Below, piece by piece: positions 28,634-37,954 of a stretch of DNA of 64,000 nucleotides. Source of the stretch: a virus (Duplodnaviria; Caudoviricetes); the IMG/VR virus record IMGVR_UViG_2889436542_000005, positions 509 through 64,508 of that record; one strand, given 5' to 3'. The notes beneath the pieces are model-generated. The model saw only the letters and a list, made by a program, of their open reading frames with translations, had not been told where the DNA came from and did no database searches. A program made the position numbers and the translations under genes. Each line of letters starts with the position of its first letter. Within the stretch, counting starts at the first letter, position 1.

Positions 28634-29144
28634 TTACGCTGTTCTTCGCCAAATGTATGCGCTTCTGTAAGGCTGTAGGTTATTGTGAGGTTGAGAACTA
28701 CCTGCTGAAGAAGTTGAGCCCGTCCATGCTCTTGAGGCCTCAAAACCTACTCGATAATCCCAACCAGTATTTGTAGTTCCCTCTCTTCTTGTTTTGCCAC
28801 CACCTGCATAGTAAAAAGCTCCATAAGGTTCTTCTTTTCCGCCACAATCGAATGTCGGGAAGTTGCCTGTGATTTGCATCGTGCCTCTGTCGTGGGTGTG
28901 AGCTGGCATTTCCGAACCACTGAGAGTATGCGTTGCTTCCCCGCCCTCACTTCCTACTGGATAAGTTGAGTTTGCTCCGAGTAAAACTCTACCTTCGAGT
29001 TTAACCCAAGTACTTACCCCCCCCCAGTCCAAGAATTTCAGCAGGGTTTCTGTCTTCTTCAGTAATAAAGTAACTTCCAACAGGATGAGCTTTAAGAACC
29101 GCAACCTCGCCAGCTTTTTGAATCAATTGTTTCAATGTTGCCAT
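28634..29144 (-). pseudogene. Fibre-tip gene A, frameshifted at G9 (OFF; G8 or G11 restores)
   Basis: MATLKQLIQKAGEVAVLKAHPVGSYF...EILGLGGGKYLG*; removing one G gives LGGVSTWVKLEGRVLLG...MPAHTH...HNNLQP...WRRTA; tract 29017-29025. Confidence 0.88.
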
Positions 29145-29154
29145 TTAACTCTTC

Positions 29155-29583
29155 CTAGGTGCCCGCAAGACTTGCGTATGCTTCATCAATCTGAGCTTGA
29201 AGCTCTGCTTTGCTGACATAATTTGCAGAGACACTGTTTTTGAACGCTTCAAACTCTGTCTTAAGTTTTTCAAACTCTGATTGATCGGCTTTTGTTTTTA
29301 ATACCACTTCGTCAACTTCGTTAAAAGCCTCCACAATCGCTTCACCAAGCTCAATAATGTCGTTATCGAGACTTGCTAGGATGTCTACCCAAACTCCTCT
29401 TCTGCGCTGAAAGAGTCTTTGTAGGTCAGATCGAAAGCAAAGCATGCCTTCCTTTAAGTTCTCTTCAGGAAATTCAATTCCTGCCGAACACGTAATGCTT
29501 GCTTCGTCATTGTGCAAAATTAACGGCAACGAATCTTTCAGCGGTGTCGTTAATTGGATTTCTTTATAACCTTGTGCCGCCAT
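29155..29583 (-). CDS. Stand-alone fibre anchor/adaptor (anchor domain + coiled coil)
   Basis: First ~60 aa align by eye with the N-terminus of 12138..13367 (DSL..ND...C..G..FP..N..GMLCFR.D); the rest is helical. Confidence 0.75.
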   Translation of the reverse strand: MAAQGYKEIQLTTPLKDSLPLILHNDEASITCSAGIEFPEENLKEGMLCFRSDLQRLFQRRRGVWVDILASLDNDIIELGEAIVEAFNEVDEVVLKTKADQSEFEKLKTEFEAFKNSVSANYVSKAELQAQIDEAYASLAGT

Positions 29584-30430
29584 CTATCGCTTCCTTTTTC
29601 GGCCTTCCCCGTTTGATATAAGTATTGGCCCACAGAACTTTCGCCCAGACGCCTTCATGACCCTTTGAGTAGTAGTAAGTCGCTGTTCCGTTAGCTGAAC
29701 CCTTTTGAAGATACTTTTCCCACATCTCAATTTTGTAGAACTCGATTTGAGAGAGATCACTTAAAAGTTTTAAATCTGCTTTGTTAGCTAAGATGCAGGG
29801 AGTGCAACCGACACGAGAAAATCCCATTTCATAAAGCGGATTAGCCTTGATTTCGCTCTCTTCTATCTTCTTGAAGACATCTTCTGTAGTCCAAGTAAGA
29901 ATAGGTCTTATATCCCAACACTGAGCGCCCGTTTTCTTGTGTTCTTTTCTTAATTCTCTTTCGGGGAGCTTTGATCTTTTCACCGATTCATCAGCTCTGA
30001 CACCAGTCCAAGATTCAACAGACTCTCCCTTTTCAAGAAACTGATTAACAAAGTCATCAAAAACTTTTACCTTCAGTTCTTTTGTGCAGAACCGATGATT
30101 GAAGTCGGGAAACCTTCCATAAACCAAACAGATATCAAGAAACGGGTTTCCTGTCGGCTTTATGAGTTTTGCAATCTCAGGTCTGTCTTTAAGTCTTTCC
30201 GCTTTACGCTTCAATCTTTCGGTGCAGTCTCGCTTTAACCTTTTGATCTTTGAAAAACCCTTTGATTGAAAAAACTCATCGAGATAATTCAAATATTCGT
30301 AAGTTAAATGATGTTCGTTTCCTGTATCACAAAAAACGAAAATGACGTCTTCAGGTTTGTTTTGTTCCATAGCGAGCAAAGCGACTGCTGTACTGTCTTT
30401 ACCGCCCGAAACGGATATTATTTTTCTCAT
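29564..30430 (-). CDS. PAPS-reductase family protein
   Basis: ISVSGGKDS, DTGNE, RFCTKELK, GVRADES, RVGCTPC; start MRKIISV at 30430. Confidence 0.88.
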   Translation of the reverse strand: MRKIISVSGGKDSTAVALLAMEQNKPEDVIFVFCDTGNEHHLTYEYLNYLDEFFQSKGFSKIKRLKRDCTERLKRKAERLKDRPEIAKLIKPTGNPFLDICLVYGRFPDFNHRFCTKELKVKVFDDFVNQFLEKGESVESWTGVRADESVKRSKLPERELRKEHKKTGAQCWDIRPILTWTTEDVFKKIEESEIKANPLYEMGFSRVGCTPCILANKADLKLLSDLSQIEFYKIEMWEKYLQKGSANGTATYYYSKGHEGVWAKVLWANTYIKRGRPKKEAIDGGTRL

Positions 30431-31458
30431 TAGTAACCTGCCGCTGTCCACGTGAATGTGCCTGTAGTCTTCTGTCCCTCAACGTCGTAGAGCATCACAT
30501 TGAAGCCCGCAGTAGTGACGTTTGTGACTACAGGTCTAATGGCTGTAAGGGCGTTACCAGAACGCATGGTGACTGTGACTTCTGGCGCAATACTGAAAGG
30601 TCTGCTGAACTGAACGTTACCGCCATAGTTTCTGTCTGTGACGGTGCAGGAGCCTCTGTCATAAACGTCATCAACGTCAATAGAAATATCAATTTGCTCT
30701 ACAAGCCCACGGTCTGCCGAAGTTGATTCAATTGCTAGTCGGAACAGTGCTTTCTGATATTCGTAATCGCCCGTAATAAATTCTTTAAACGTTGTATAAC
30801 CGACGTGACGGCCACCATTACGCACGAATTTATCAAGCGTGTCTCTTGACCAAATGCCGCTCTGAATGAAGATGTCAGACAAGACGCCCCGAGCGACCTC
30901 TTTGATAGCATCATAAAAACTGATCGTCTGCGCTTTAAAGACACTGATGTCTTTTTCATTCTTTGTAGAATCAAGCGAAAGAACCTCGCTGTAATCTCTA
31001 ATCCAAGAAATTCTTCTTTCACAAAGATCGTGCAGAATTAAAGCATCACGCACAATCTGTTCAATATCCTTTCTAATTTCGTCTTTCAGTAAGAAAATCT
31101 CTTCGCAATTTTTCCCAATAAGAGCTTCCCTTACTTCAGTCAAGGCAAAACTCTCTTCAATCTCTCGATTGAAGACTAGAGTGTTGCTGAGACTGTCAGA
31201 AGCAAGAATGTTCTCTTCAAAAGTGAGATGCGGTCTTGCGCTCTTTTGGGCAAGAATGCTTAATGGCTCAATCTTTTCAACAGCTAAATCGTTGACGAAG
31301 AAGTCACTGGTTGCAACTTCTTCTTCGACATTGGCAACATAATTTGTTGGGAAGTGCCAAAGCCAATTTCGATCGTCATCCCAAGTGCCCAATCCTTGAT
31401 TCTCATTCACCCATGTTCGCCACTTGGCCTCTGCGGGCGAAATAACAATGGAGGACAT
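30430..31458 (-). CDS. Tail/baseplate structural protein
   Basis: Located after J; H-type-lectin-like C-terminus (FSRPFSIAPEVTVT...VTTAGF...TWTAAGY). Confidence 0.6.
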   Translation of the reverse strand: MSSIVISPAEAKWRTWVNENQGLGTWDDDRNWLWHFPTNYVANVEEEVATSDFFVNDLAVEKIEPLSILAQKSARPHLTFEENILASDSLSNTLVFNREIEESFALTEVREALIGKNCEEIFLLKDEIRKDIEQIVRDALILHDLCERRISWIRDYSEVLSLDSTKNEKDISVFKAQTISFYDAIKEVARGVLSDIFIQSGIWSRDTLDKFVRNGGRHVGYTTFKEFITGDYEYQKALFRLAIESTSADRGLVEQIDISIDVDDVYDRGSCTVTDRNYGGNVQFSRPFSIAPEVTVTMRSGNALTAIRPVVTNVTTAGFNVMLYDVEGQKTTGTFTWTAAGY

Positions 31459-31917
31459 TTATGAGGACTGAGACATTGTGAAGGTAAACGTCATCTTGAG
31501 CGTATCTTCAGCCCCTTTATTGATGACAGGAAACACAACACGGTCGATCAAAGCACCTCCAGTTTCAGCATTCTGAACACTGGCTTCGGTCAAAGCGCCT
31601 GTTGCTTCGCCTTTATTAAAGGTTGTTTCGAAGGTAAATACCTTTGTTCCTGCATCGTGCGCATATGTTGCGGCCTTAGCCATCAACTGTGAAACTAATT
31701 CTGTCTGTGTACCAGTAACCGCCGTTGTACCAGTGCCAAGAGCAATGTAGCCCATCGGGGCAGGACGAGATGAAGAGTTGCCAATGGAGTCTGCAATAAA
31801 ATCAAATCCAATGTTCAGAATGGCGTTGTGTTTGTGAGTTACCTCGTATGTGCCGTCAGATTTGAAAAGTTCAGCCGTTAAGCAACCAACTATATTGAAA
31901 GTATCTGATTTTTTCAT
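31459..31917 (-). CDS. Tail structural protein
   Basis: YIALGTGTTA...TQTEL...LTEASV...RVVFPVINK...LKMTFTFT pattern typical of fibre-proximal tail proteins. Confidence 0.7.
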   Translation of the reverse strand: MKKSDTFNIVGCLTAELFKSDGTYEVTHKHNAILNIGFDFIADSIGNSSSRPAPMGYIALGTGTTAVTGTQTELVSQLMAKAATYAHDAGTKVFTFETTFNKGEATGALTEASVQNAETGGALIDRVVFPVINKGAEDTLKMTFTFTMSQSS

Positions 31918-31943
31918 TTTATTTTTATTCTTATGAAGAAAAT

Positions 31944-31972
31944 ATTTTATATAAATTTCAAAATATTGTCAA
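31944..31972 (-). promoter_or_regulatory. Sigma70-type promoter for the distal tail/fibre operon
   Basis: TTGACA-N17-TAAAAT on the minus strand. Confidence 0.8.
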
Positions 31973-31989
31973 GAACTTTTTATAGAAAA

Positions 31990-34900
31990 TTACGAACTTC
32001 GCCCCACTGATAATTTTTTCATAACACCCTGAGGAGTGGCGGCTACTGTAAAAAAGTTTGTTTGTTTACCTAATATCCCATAACCGAAACCACGTTCTGT
32101 TGGGGTTTGGTGAAAGGCAATGCAGTAATAATCATCAGGCGTCATGTCAACAACAAAAGAAAGATTCTTTCCGTCGCTACATTCAACATTTAGTGTTTTT
32201 TCTTCTGTGTTGTAATAAAACTTGTAGAAACCTTTTCCGTCTTCCGTTGTTAATTGCAAAATTTCCGCCCAAATGTAACGACCTTGATTCTGAGCTTTAA
32301 ACCAAAAACTGAATCTAAACTGCTCTGGAATATCAACCAACTGCCAATTCGCATATGTCAACGGGTTTGTCAAAAAACCCGACGAGTATCTGCCAAGATC
32401 ATAATGTTCCTGTGCGCTAGTCGCTTTATACCCCGAAAGCGTATTTGTGTTGCCCTCAAGCGCAATCCCTTCATAATCAGAAGAACTTAGTCCATAAGCT
32501 AAAGCAATTTGCTTAAACGACTCAACGTCGTTTTGATCGCCTTCTAAACTCCAAGATCGCTCTGCTCCTGGCGCAGTAAAGTCGCATGTTAAATCATCCC
32601 AAGTTGTGGTGTCGTCTCTTGAAGAAGCAACAGATGCAACAGTTGCCGAGAAGGAGTTATGAGCATAGTGCGTTTGGTAAAGATCAACAGGGATGATGTA
32701 TTCACAACGTCTTCTATCATCATCCATGACCAAGTCATCACCTTCGTTGTGCATGTAAACACGATGATTTGGGAATCCAAGACTTCTTTCGTGCATTTCA
32801 AGAACGATGTTCTTGTCTTTGTCATTAACAACACCAATTTCAACCCAGTCAGCAGATTCAGAATAAATTCCAGGCATACAAACAGCTTTAATCCAGAATT
32901 TTCTTCTTGTTTCTGCACCAACAGGAATGGTGCAGTGGTTCACCTTTACTTGAACCAATAGTGTTGAAGCCGACCAGTTAACACCTTCTCGAATTTCATA
33001 GAAAGTAATATCGGGTTCGGGATTGGAGTCCCACTTTAATTCAAGTCGCTCATTTGAACGAACTACTTGAAAGTTAACGGGCGTTATTGGTGCTTCTAAG
33101 ACAAGCTTTGTTGTTGTGACGTGCTTAGAGAGCGAACCATCGGCGTTAATTGCACGAATGTGGTAATAATAGGTCCCTGCTTTATCTTGGTCGTGAATAA
33201 AAGAAGTGCCTGCGAAATTAGTAATAATCGTTTCGCTAGCATCCCAAGAGTCGCCAACTCTAATTTCATAACCCAAAGCGCCCTCAACCGCTGTCCAGTT
33301 CAGTTCAAGATAGGTAGAGCGCTTGATAATGGTAAAGTCTTGAATATCATCTGGCGACGGTAGTCCGTCTTCTGAATCATAGAATGTCTCAAGTGGGTCA
33401 GACAAAGTTCCCAAAACGCCTTTGGCATAGACATAAATATGGTAAAGACCATTCTGAGCATTGGGAATCGTGTAGTACGGAGACTTTGTTTCTACAGAGG
33501 TCCAAGCTTCTCCGTTGCCGTCTTTATCTTCAATGCGATATTCAACAATCCACGACGAGTTATTTTGTGCCGGCGTCCAAGACAGCTCCAAATTACCCGT
33601 TTTAAGGCCAGTGGCGGACTTTGAAATTGAAATTGATATGTTGAGATTCGTCGGTTTACCAACATCGTATGGATCAATTTCAGAAGTGTTGGGAAGCGAA
33701 ATTTCCCAGCCCTTTTCAATAAGATCGTATTTCCCTTTGTTGTAGGTAATACAGTCAATATTGAAAGTGCCTTTTTCTTCACCTTGAGAAATGTTGACCA
33801 CTCGTGCAATTTGAGGAACAAGGTTCTCTTCCTCAATAATCCAAATTGCATAATCAACAGGTAAAGATGGAAGTGGCTCATCCCAGAAGACCTCTGCTCT
33901 TGCTTCGCTATCCGAAACTTTCAACGTTCTTGTGACGAACGAATTGTCGGGCATTCTGATAGAAATCTTTGGATTAGCCTCTGCTTTAAACGCCGTTTCA
34001 GCATCTAATGTTGCGCTCGTTAACGTACATGACTTCAAGCGCCCACCAAGTCTTCTGCCCGCATGGTATGGGTCGTGAATCTTAATGATGTCGCCAGGAA
34101 GAACAAGGGCAGAGTCCAAACCGACAGTAAATGAAATCATGTCTGATTCGTACTGCTCGGTGTAAAGAACCCATCTGCCTGCTCGAATCGCCTGGCCTCT
34201 GGATGTACATCCAAAAAGCGTCAGTTCTGATTCACGCACGCCCCATTTTTCTATAAGGTCTCTGTCCTCAACGTACTCAACAACCTGCTTATAGTTTTGG
34301 TCAGGGTCGTTCCATGTAATCAAAGCAACAGAATGTCGCTCAGCCCTTGAAGAACCTGTATATCTAAACTCCCCGTTTACGACATTAGCTTGAGTAAAAA
34401 GGACTGACGGTTCGGTTGGTTTGTCACAGGTAAAATTGGCTTGACCCATTGCCCAATAGGTCATACCTCTGAAAACTGCCGTAATTGAATTGATTAATTC
34501 ATAGGCTTCAGAACGTTCTGTGACCTGTGTATTAATGGAAAAGCGCTTTTCTTTTTTTCCAAAACCATCATCTACAAGCTCGTCGCAATACCGTCCAATC
34601 TCATAGAGTTTGGCTTTATTCACTTGTTCTGGTTTAATAAACTGACCCAATCCCCATCTAGGGTTAGTAAGCAAACCATACAAAATCCACGCAGGATTGT
34701 CTGAGACTTCAAGTTTGAAAGTGCCATCCCAAACACCTGTATATGTATTGCTGGCCTTGTCATAGTTGCTTGGGACTTGAAGATATAAGCCATCAACGAT
34801 GTATGAGCGAGCTGGAATATTGCTTAAATTTTCAGCAGTGGCAGAAATACCAATAATTGCTGAGTTTGGATAGTTCAGCTTTGTTTCTGAAATAAGAAAC

Positions 34901-35535
34901 ATCGTTGTAAAAGAAAGTGCGGCAACATAATCATCATCCGCTTCAGGAGACAGTTTGGTTAATCTGATTAGCCACCGCTCTGGCGCCTTCCCCTTTGAAT
35001 CTTTTTGCGGAAGCTCAAATGTATAGCTTCTTTGGTATTGAGAAGATGTTTTGCCTTCAACTTTTTTAGTGCCATAATCGACAAAATCATCGTTGTTAAT
35101 GGCAATCTCAAATTTAAATTCAATAGAGGTTTTCTTTAGGCCGTTATCAACTCGATAAAGATAGGGAATTGAAATTCCACAACGAACTTTATCAATATTA
35201 GTTTCTGTAATTGAACGTACAACAGGATAATCGTGTTTGACTTCAGCTCCGACCTCGACAGGAATAACCGTGCTTTCAAAGCCCTGCATCGTGTCCTGAA
35301 AAGGAGTACCTCTGGCTTCTTTAACGTAGACATTATCGTAGTTAAAGGAGCCAGACTGATTCTGAAGCGGAACATCATCAAAATAAATTGATTTTGCTCC
35401 ATCAACAAGACCTCCAATTTGACCTTCGGAAATTAAATCTAAAACTTGTAACGAGGCAATAGAAAATAAAGTATTTTCGTCATTAGACTGCTTATTCCCC
35501 TTACTGCCTCCTGCTCCCGCAACGTAATTTGTCAT
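31990..35535 (-). CDS. Tail tip/central fibre protein J-like
   Basis: LDLISEGQIGGL, NPAWIL, YCDELVDDG, RWVLYTE, FN3-like domains. Confidence 0.93.
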   Translation of the reverse strand: MTNYVAGAGGSKGNKQSNDENTLFSIASLQVLDLISEGQIGGLVDGAKSIYFDDVPLQNQSGSFNYDNVYVKEARGTPFQDTMQGFESTVIPVEVGAEVKHDYPVVRSITETNIDKVRCGISIPYLYRVDNGLKKTSIEFKFEIAINNDDFVDYGTKKVEGKTSSQYQRSYTFELPQKDSKGKAPERWLIRLTKLSPEADDDYVAALSFTTMFLISETKLNYPNSAIIGISATAENLSNIPARSYIVDGLYLQVPSNYDKASNTYTGVWDGTFKLEVSDNPAWILYGLLTNPRWGLGQFIKPEQVNKAKLYEIGRYCDELVDDGFGKKEKRFSINTQVTERSEAYELINSITAVFRGMTYWAMGQANFTCDKPTEPSVLFTQANVVNGEFRYTGSSRAERHSVALITWNDPDQNYKQVVEYVEDRDLIEKWGVRESELTLFGCTSRGQAIRAGRWVLYTEQYESDMISFTVGLDSALVLPGDIIKIHDPYHAGRRLGGRLKSCTLTSATLDAETAFKAEANPKISIRMPDNSFVTRTLKVSDSEARAEVFWDEPLPSLPVDYAIWIIEEENLVPQIARVVNISQGEEKGTFNIDCITYNKGKYDLIEKGWEISLPNTSEIDPYDVGKPTNLNISISISKSATGLKTGNLELSWTPAQNNSSWIVEYRIEDKDGNGEAWTSVETKSPYYTIPNAQNGLYHIYVYAKGVLGTLSDPLETFYDSEDGLPSPDDIQDFTIIKRSTYLELNWTAVEGALGYEIRVGDSWDASETIITNFAGTSFIHDQDKAGTYYYHIRAINADGSLSKHVTTTKLVLEAPITPVNFQVVRSNERLELKWDSNPEPDITFYEIREGVNWSASTLLVQVKVNHCTIPVGAETRRKFWIKAVCMPGIYSESADWVEIGVVNDKDKNIVLEMHERSLGFPNHRVYMHNEGDDLVMDDDRRRCEYIIPVDLYQTHYAHNSFSATVASVASSRDDTTTWDDLTCDFTAPGAERSWSLEGDQNDVESFKQIALAYGLSSSDYEGIALEGNTNTLSGYKATSAQEHYDLGRYSSGFLTNPLTYANWQLVDIPEQFRFSFWFKAQNQGRYIWAEILQLTTEDGKGFYKFYYNTEEKTLNVECSDGKNLSFVVDMTPDDYYCIAFHQTPTERGFGYGILGKQTNFFTVAATPQGVMKKLSVGRSS

Positions 35536-36179
35536 TTTCTATCTTTAATTAACTCAACAATTCCAGGTTTTCCAGTCTGAGTTTCGTTCGCTTCAGAAGT
35601 GTTGATAGAGGAGCTGATTACTGCGGAACCTACTTTACAGCGACCAAAAATCAAAGGAACTGGGACTCCTTGTCGAGTGGTGTTTTGAGCGCCGTTGAAG
35701 TAATAAGATGTGCCTTTATCATCGTTATCATTTCTTTTTACCCTTCCCATAATGGCGGTAACAATAGAGCTGACCAACATTCCAGCTCCTGCAACAATTA
35801 AGCTAGCACCAAATTGCGCACCAACTCCTGTCCATGACGTACAAATGCAAACAACAACACCAACAACGATCATGAGCGCCCCGACAACAGCGCCCATAAA
35901 TTTACCCGCACCATAGACGGTCGGAACAAAATGAATCTCTTGCGGTTCCTTGTGCATTAACATTGTTTTTTCATCCAACGCTTCGACTCTTCCGTCTGCA
36001 TATTTACAAATAATCATGCACTTTTCGTAGCGACTAAGATTGTTTCTAACCCATTGAGCAAAATGCGGTTTGTTGGCCCGTATTAGCTGTAACGCTTCAG
36101 CAGGAGTATGAATATCTAAAGTCCACTCTCTGCCGAAGTTTCTACCCATAGCCCCCTCTAAGTAAACCTTAGTTAACAT
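35532..36179 (-). CDS. Tail assembly protein I-like
   Basis: Start MLTKVYLEG at 36179; FVP, TM segment, YYFNGAQNTTRQGVPVPLIFG. Confidence 0.9.
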   Translation of the reverse strand: MLTKVYLEGAMGRNFGREWTLDIHTPAEALQLIRANKPHFAQWVRNNLSRYEKCMIICKYADGRVEALDEKTMLMHKEPQEIHFVPTVYGAGKFMGAVVGALMIVVGVVVCICTSWTGVGAQFGASLIVAGAGMLVSSIVTAIMGRVKRNDNDDKGTSYYFNGAQNTTRQGVPVPLIFGRCKVGSAVISSSINTSEANETQTGKPGIVELIKDRK

Positions 36180-36912
36180 TCTTGTGTCTCCAATGAGAAA
36201 GGGTGCGTATTTGCCAATAAGACCCGCCATAAACATCGGTATTGGAAAGACGACCATTAATGTGGTGCAGAATCTTATCTTCTCCAACATAAATAGCTAC
36301 ATGATCAGCTCCGCTTGGTCCTATCTGAATAAGGAAAATGTCACCCTTTCTCGGCTCTCCGTTAATCAGTTCAAAACCAAGCTCTTTGGCTTTATTTTCA
36401 AAATAATTATCTTCATTAAGCCATGGGTCTTCTTCTCTTTCCCATTCACCTAGATCAATGCTGTACTCTTGCTTGTAGTAATCTCTAAGTAAGGTATAGC
36501 AATCAAAGGTTCCATAACAATAATTTCTGCCAAGAAGAGGTTGTGCAAAACCCGTTGGGGCTAAAACCTCGACATTTTCGCCGAAGTAAACTTCTCCCTT
36601 GTCGTTTTTATGAACTTCGCCAATAAACCAAGTAAGTTCAGTATTTTCACACCCTTGTCTATCTGCGTCACTAGGTTTTGCATCGCAATTGCAATGTGTG
36701 TGCCAAGCCCCAATAATTTCCCCCTTACAGAGAGTCTCTGCATAGTCTGAGGCTGAGATTAAAAAGTTATGTTCGGGTTCGCTAGAAATGTTTTTACATT
36801 CCACTGGAACACCCTTCTTTCCTTTCTTGTAAATCAAGCCGCAAGATTCTTTGGGGTAGTTTTTAATTCCTGCTTCTTTCATCAGGTTATAGAGTTCTTT
36901 TGTAATTTTCAT
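36169..36912 (-). CDS. Tail tip protein K-like (JAB + NlpC/P60)
   Basis: ESCG, WHTH...SDAD, DCYTLLRDYY, HVAIY; start MKITKE at 36912. Confidence 0.92.
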   Translation of the reverse strand: MKITKELYNLMKEAGIKNYPKESCGLIYKKGKKGVPVECKNISSEPEHNFLISASDYAETLCKGEIIGAWHTHCNCDAKPSDADRQGCENTELTWFIGEVHKNDKGEVYFGENVEVLAPTGFAQPLLGRNYCYGTFDCYTLLRDYYKQEYSIDLGEWEREEDPWLNEDNYFENKAKELGFELINGEPRKGDIFLIQIGPSGADHVAIYVGEDKILHHINGRLSNTDVYGGSYWQIRTLSHWRHKNVN

Positions 36913-36913
36913 T

Positions 36914-37618
36914 TTAAGTTCTTGTTGCTCCAGGAAATCCACCAAAGGGAAGAATTGCAGTTCCTCCACCAACCGAACACCAACGAATTTCACACGCTTT
37001 CAATGTTTTAGGGCATGTGTCGTCCTTCTTGTTTAAACATGGCTTGTTGTCTTTATCAAAATAACTACCTTGATAGTTACAGTTGCCGTCTCTGTAATTC
37101 CACTGGCAAGAGTTTTGAATGATCTGCCGTCTCGGTAGTTTTACGCCCTGCAAGTCATAAGCGCTAGCCAACTCCCATTCAATCAAGTAACGAGTTTCAA
37201 GTGTTTTCTTATCAATAAACCAAACATCAGCGGGAAATTCTTGCGTAGGGTCGGCAGAGGGGTTGCCGTCAGGGAAATTAACTGCGTCTAAATATCTTAC
37301 GAAAGTTCGTTTTCTTGTTAAAGTCGCTCCAATTAAGTCTTCGGTTTCTCTAAGCAAAGCTGAGAAAATACCGTTGACATTAGCAACTCTAAGTTTTGGA
37401 CGTGGAAGACTACCCTGAGTGTTTATATCAAAACCTTCAGTTTCAATGGGAAGAGCAACGTATTCATTGCCCCTCCATATAACATTTTTATTAAGACCAG
37501 AAGTTCCAGTATGAAATCTAAATGGCTCTTCGTTTGCTGGAGCTTCTTTTAACGTAACTTCATACAACTCTATTAATGCAGTTGGAGCGAGCTTTTGTTG
37601 TTCCGCTTTAATTGTCAT
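36914..37618 (-). CDS. Minor tail protein L-like
   Basis: LPRPKLRVAN, CQWNYR..C, C.KTL.ACE.R, LPFGGFPG. Confidence 0.93.
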   Translation of the reverse strand: MTIKAEQQKLAPTALIELYEVTLKEAPANEEPFRFHTGTSGLNKNVIWRGNEYVALPIETEGFDINTQGSLPRPKLRVANVNGIFSALLRETEDLIGATLTRKRTFVRYLDAVNFPDGNPSADPTQEFPADVWFIDKKTLETRYLIEWELASAYDLQGVKLPRRQIIQNSCQWNYRDGNCNYQGSYFDKDNKPCLNKKDDTCPKTLKACEIRWCSVGGGTAILPFGGFPGATRT

Positions 37619-37953
37619 TACTCAAAAACCTGTTCAAAAGTTGCCGATATTTCATAAACGCCAAAACTCGATTGTTTTGTTGTCCAAGATCGGCAAACGT
37701 ATCGATTAACATCCCCATCGGGAGACTTCCATTCAAAGTTTTCAGTAGCGTTTCTAGCCCTTAAAAAATTTTTTATGGCTGTGTGAGTTTCGAGATTAGT
37801 AGTAAAAGTTACTGTCCAATTTTTCGGCGTAGAGTTGATTAGATAGCCAACTCTTGCTTCATAGCCGTCTCCAAATTTTGTAACGTTAACAAACGGCTGT
37901 TCTTCGCAACTAGCACCTAAGTCAGGTGCCCATATAAATTTAGGATATTCCAT
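37618..37953 (-). CDS. Minor tail protein M-like
   Basis: KFGDGYEAR..GYLIN...W...FEWKSP...ATFEQVFE. Confidence 0.9.
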   Translation of the reverse strand: MEYPKFIWAPDLGASCEEQPFVNVTKFGDGYEARVGYLINSTPKNWTVTFTTNLETHTAIKNFLRARNATENFEWKSPDGDVNRYVCRSWTTKQSSFGVYEISATFEQVFE

Positions 37954-37954
37954 T

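Noticed and set aside
26215-29144. Diversity-generating retroelement acting on the tip genes
   Set aside because: No reverse transcriptase in the window and no TR/VR pair differing only at adenines; the variable regions are unalignable.
26215-29144. Shufflon or invertible tail-fibre cassette
   Set aside because: All cassettes are co-oriented with their own starts; no adjacent invertase and no inverted crossover sites between cassettes.
35532-36993. Long N-terminal extensions given for K (36993), I (36290), 47683, 30451, 14240 and 61878
   Set aside because: They overlap upstream genes or promoters; downstream ATGs give typical stop-start coupling.
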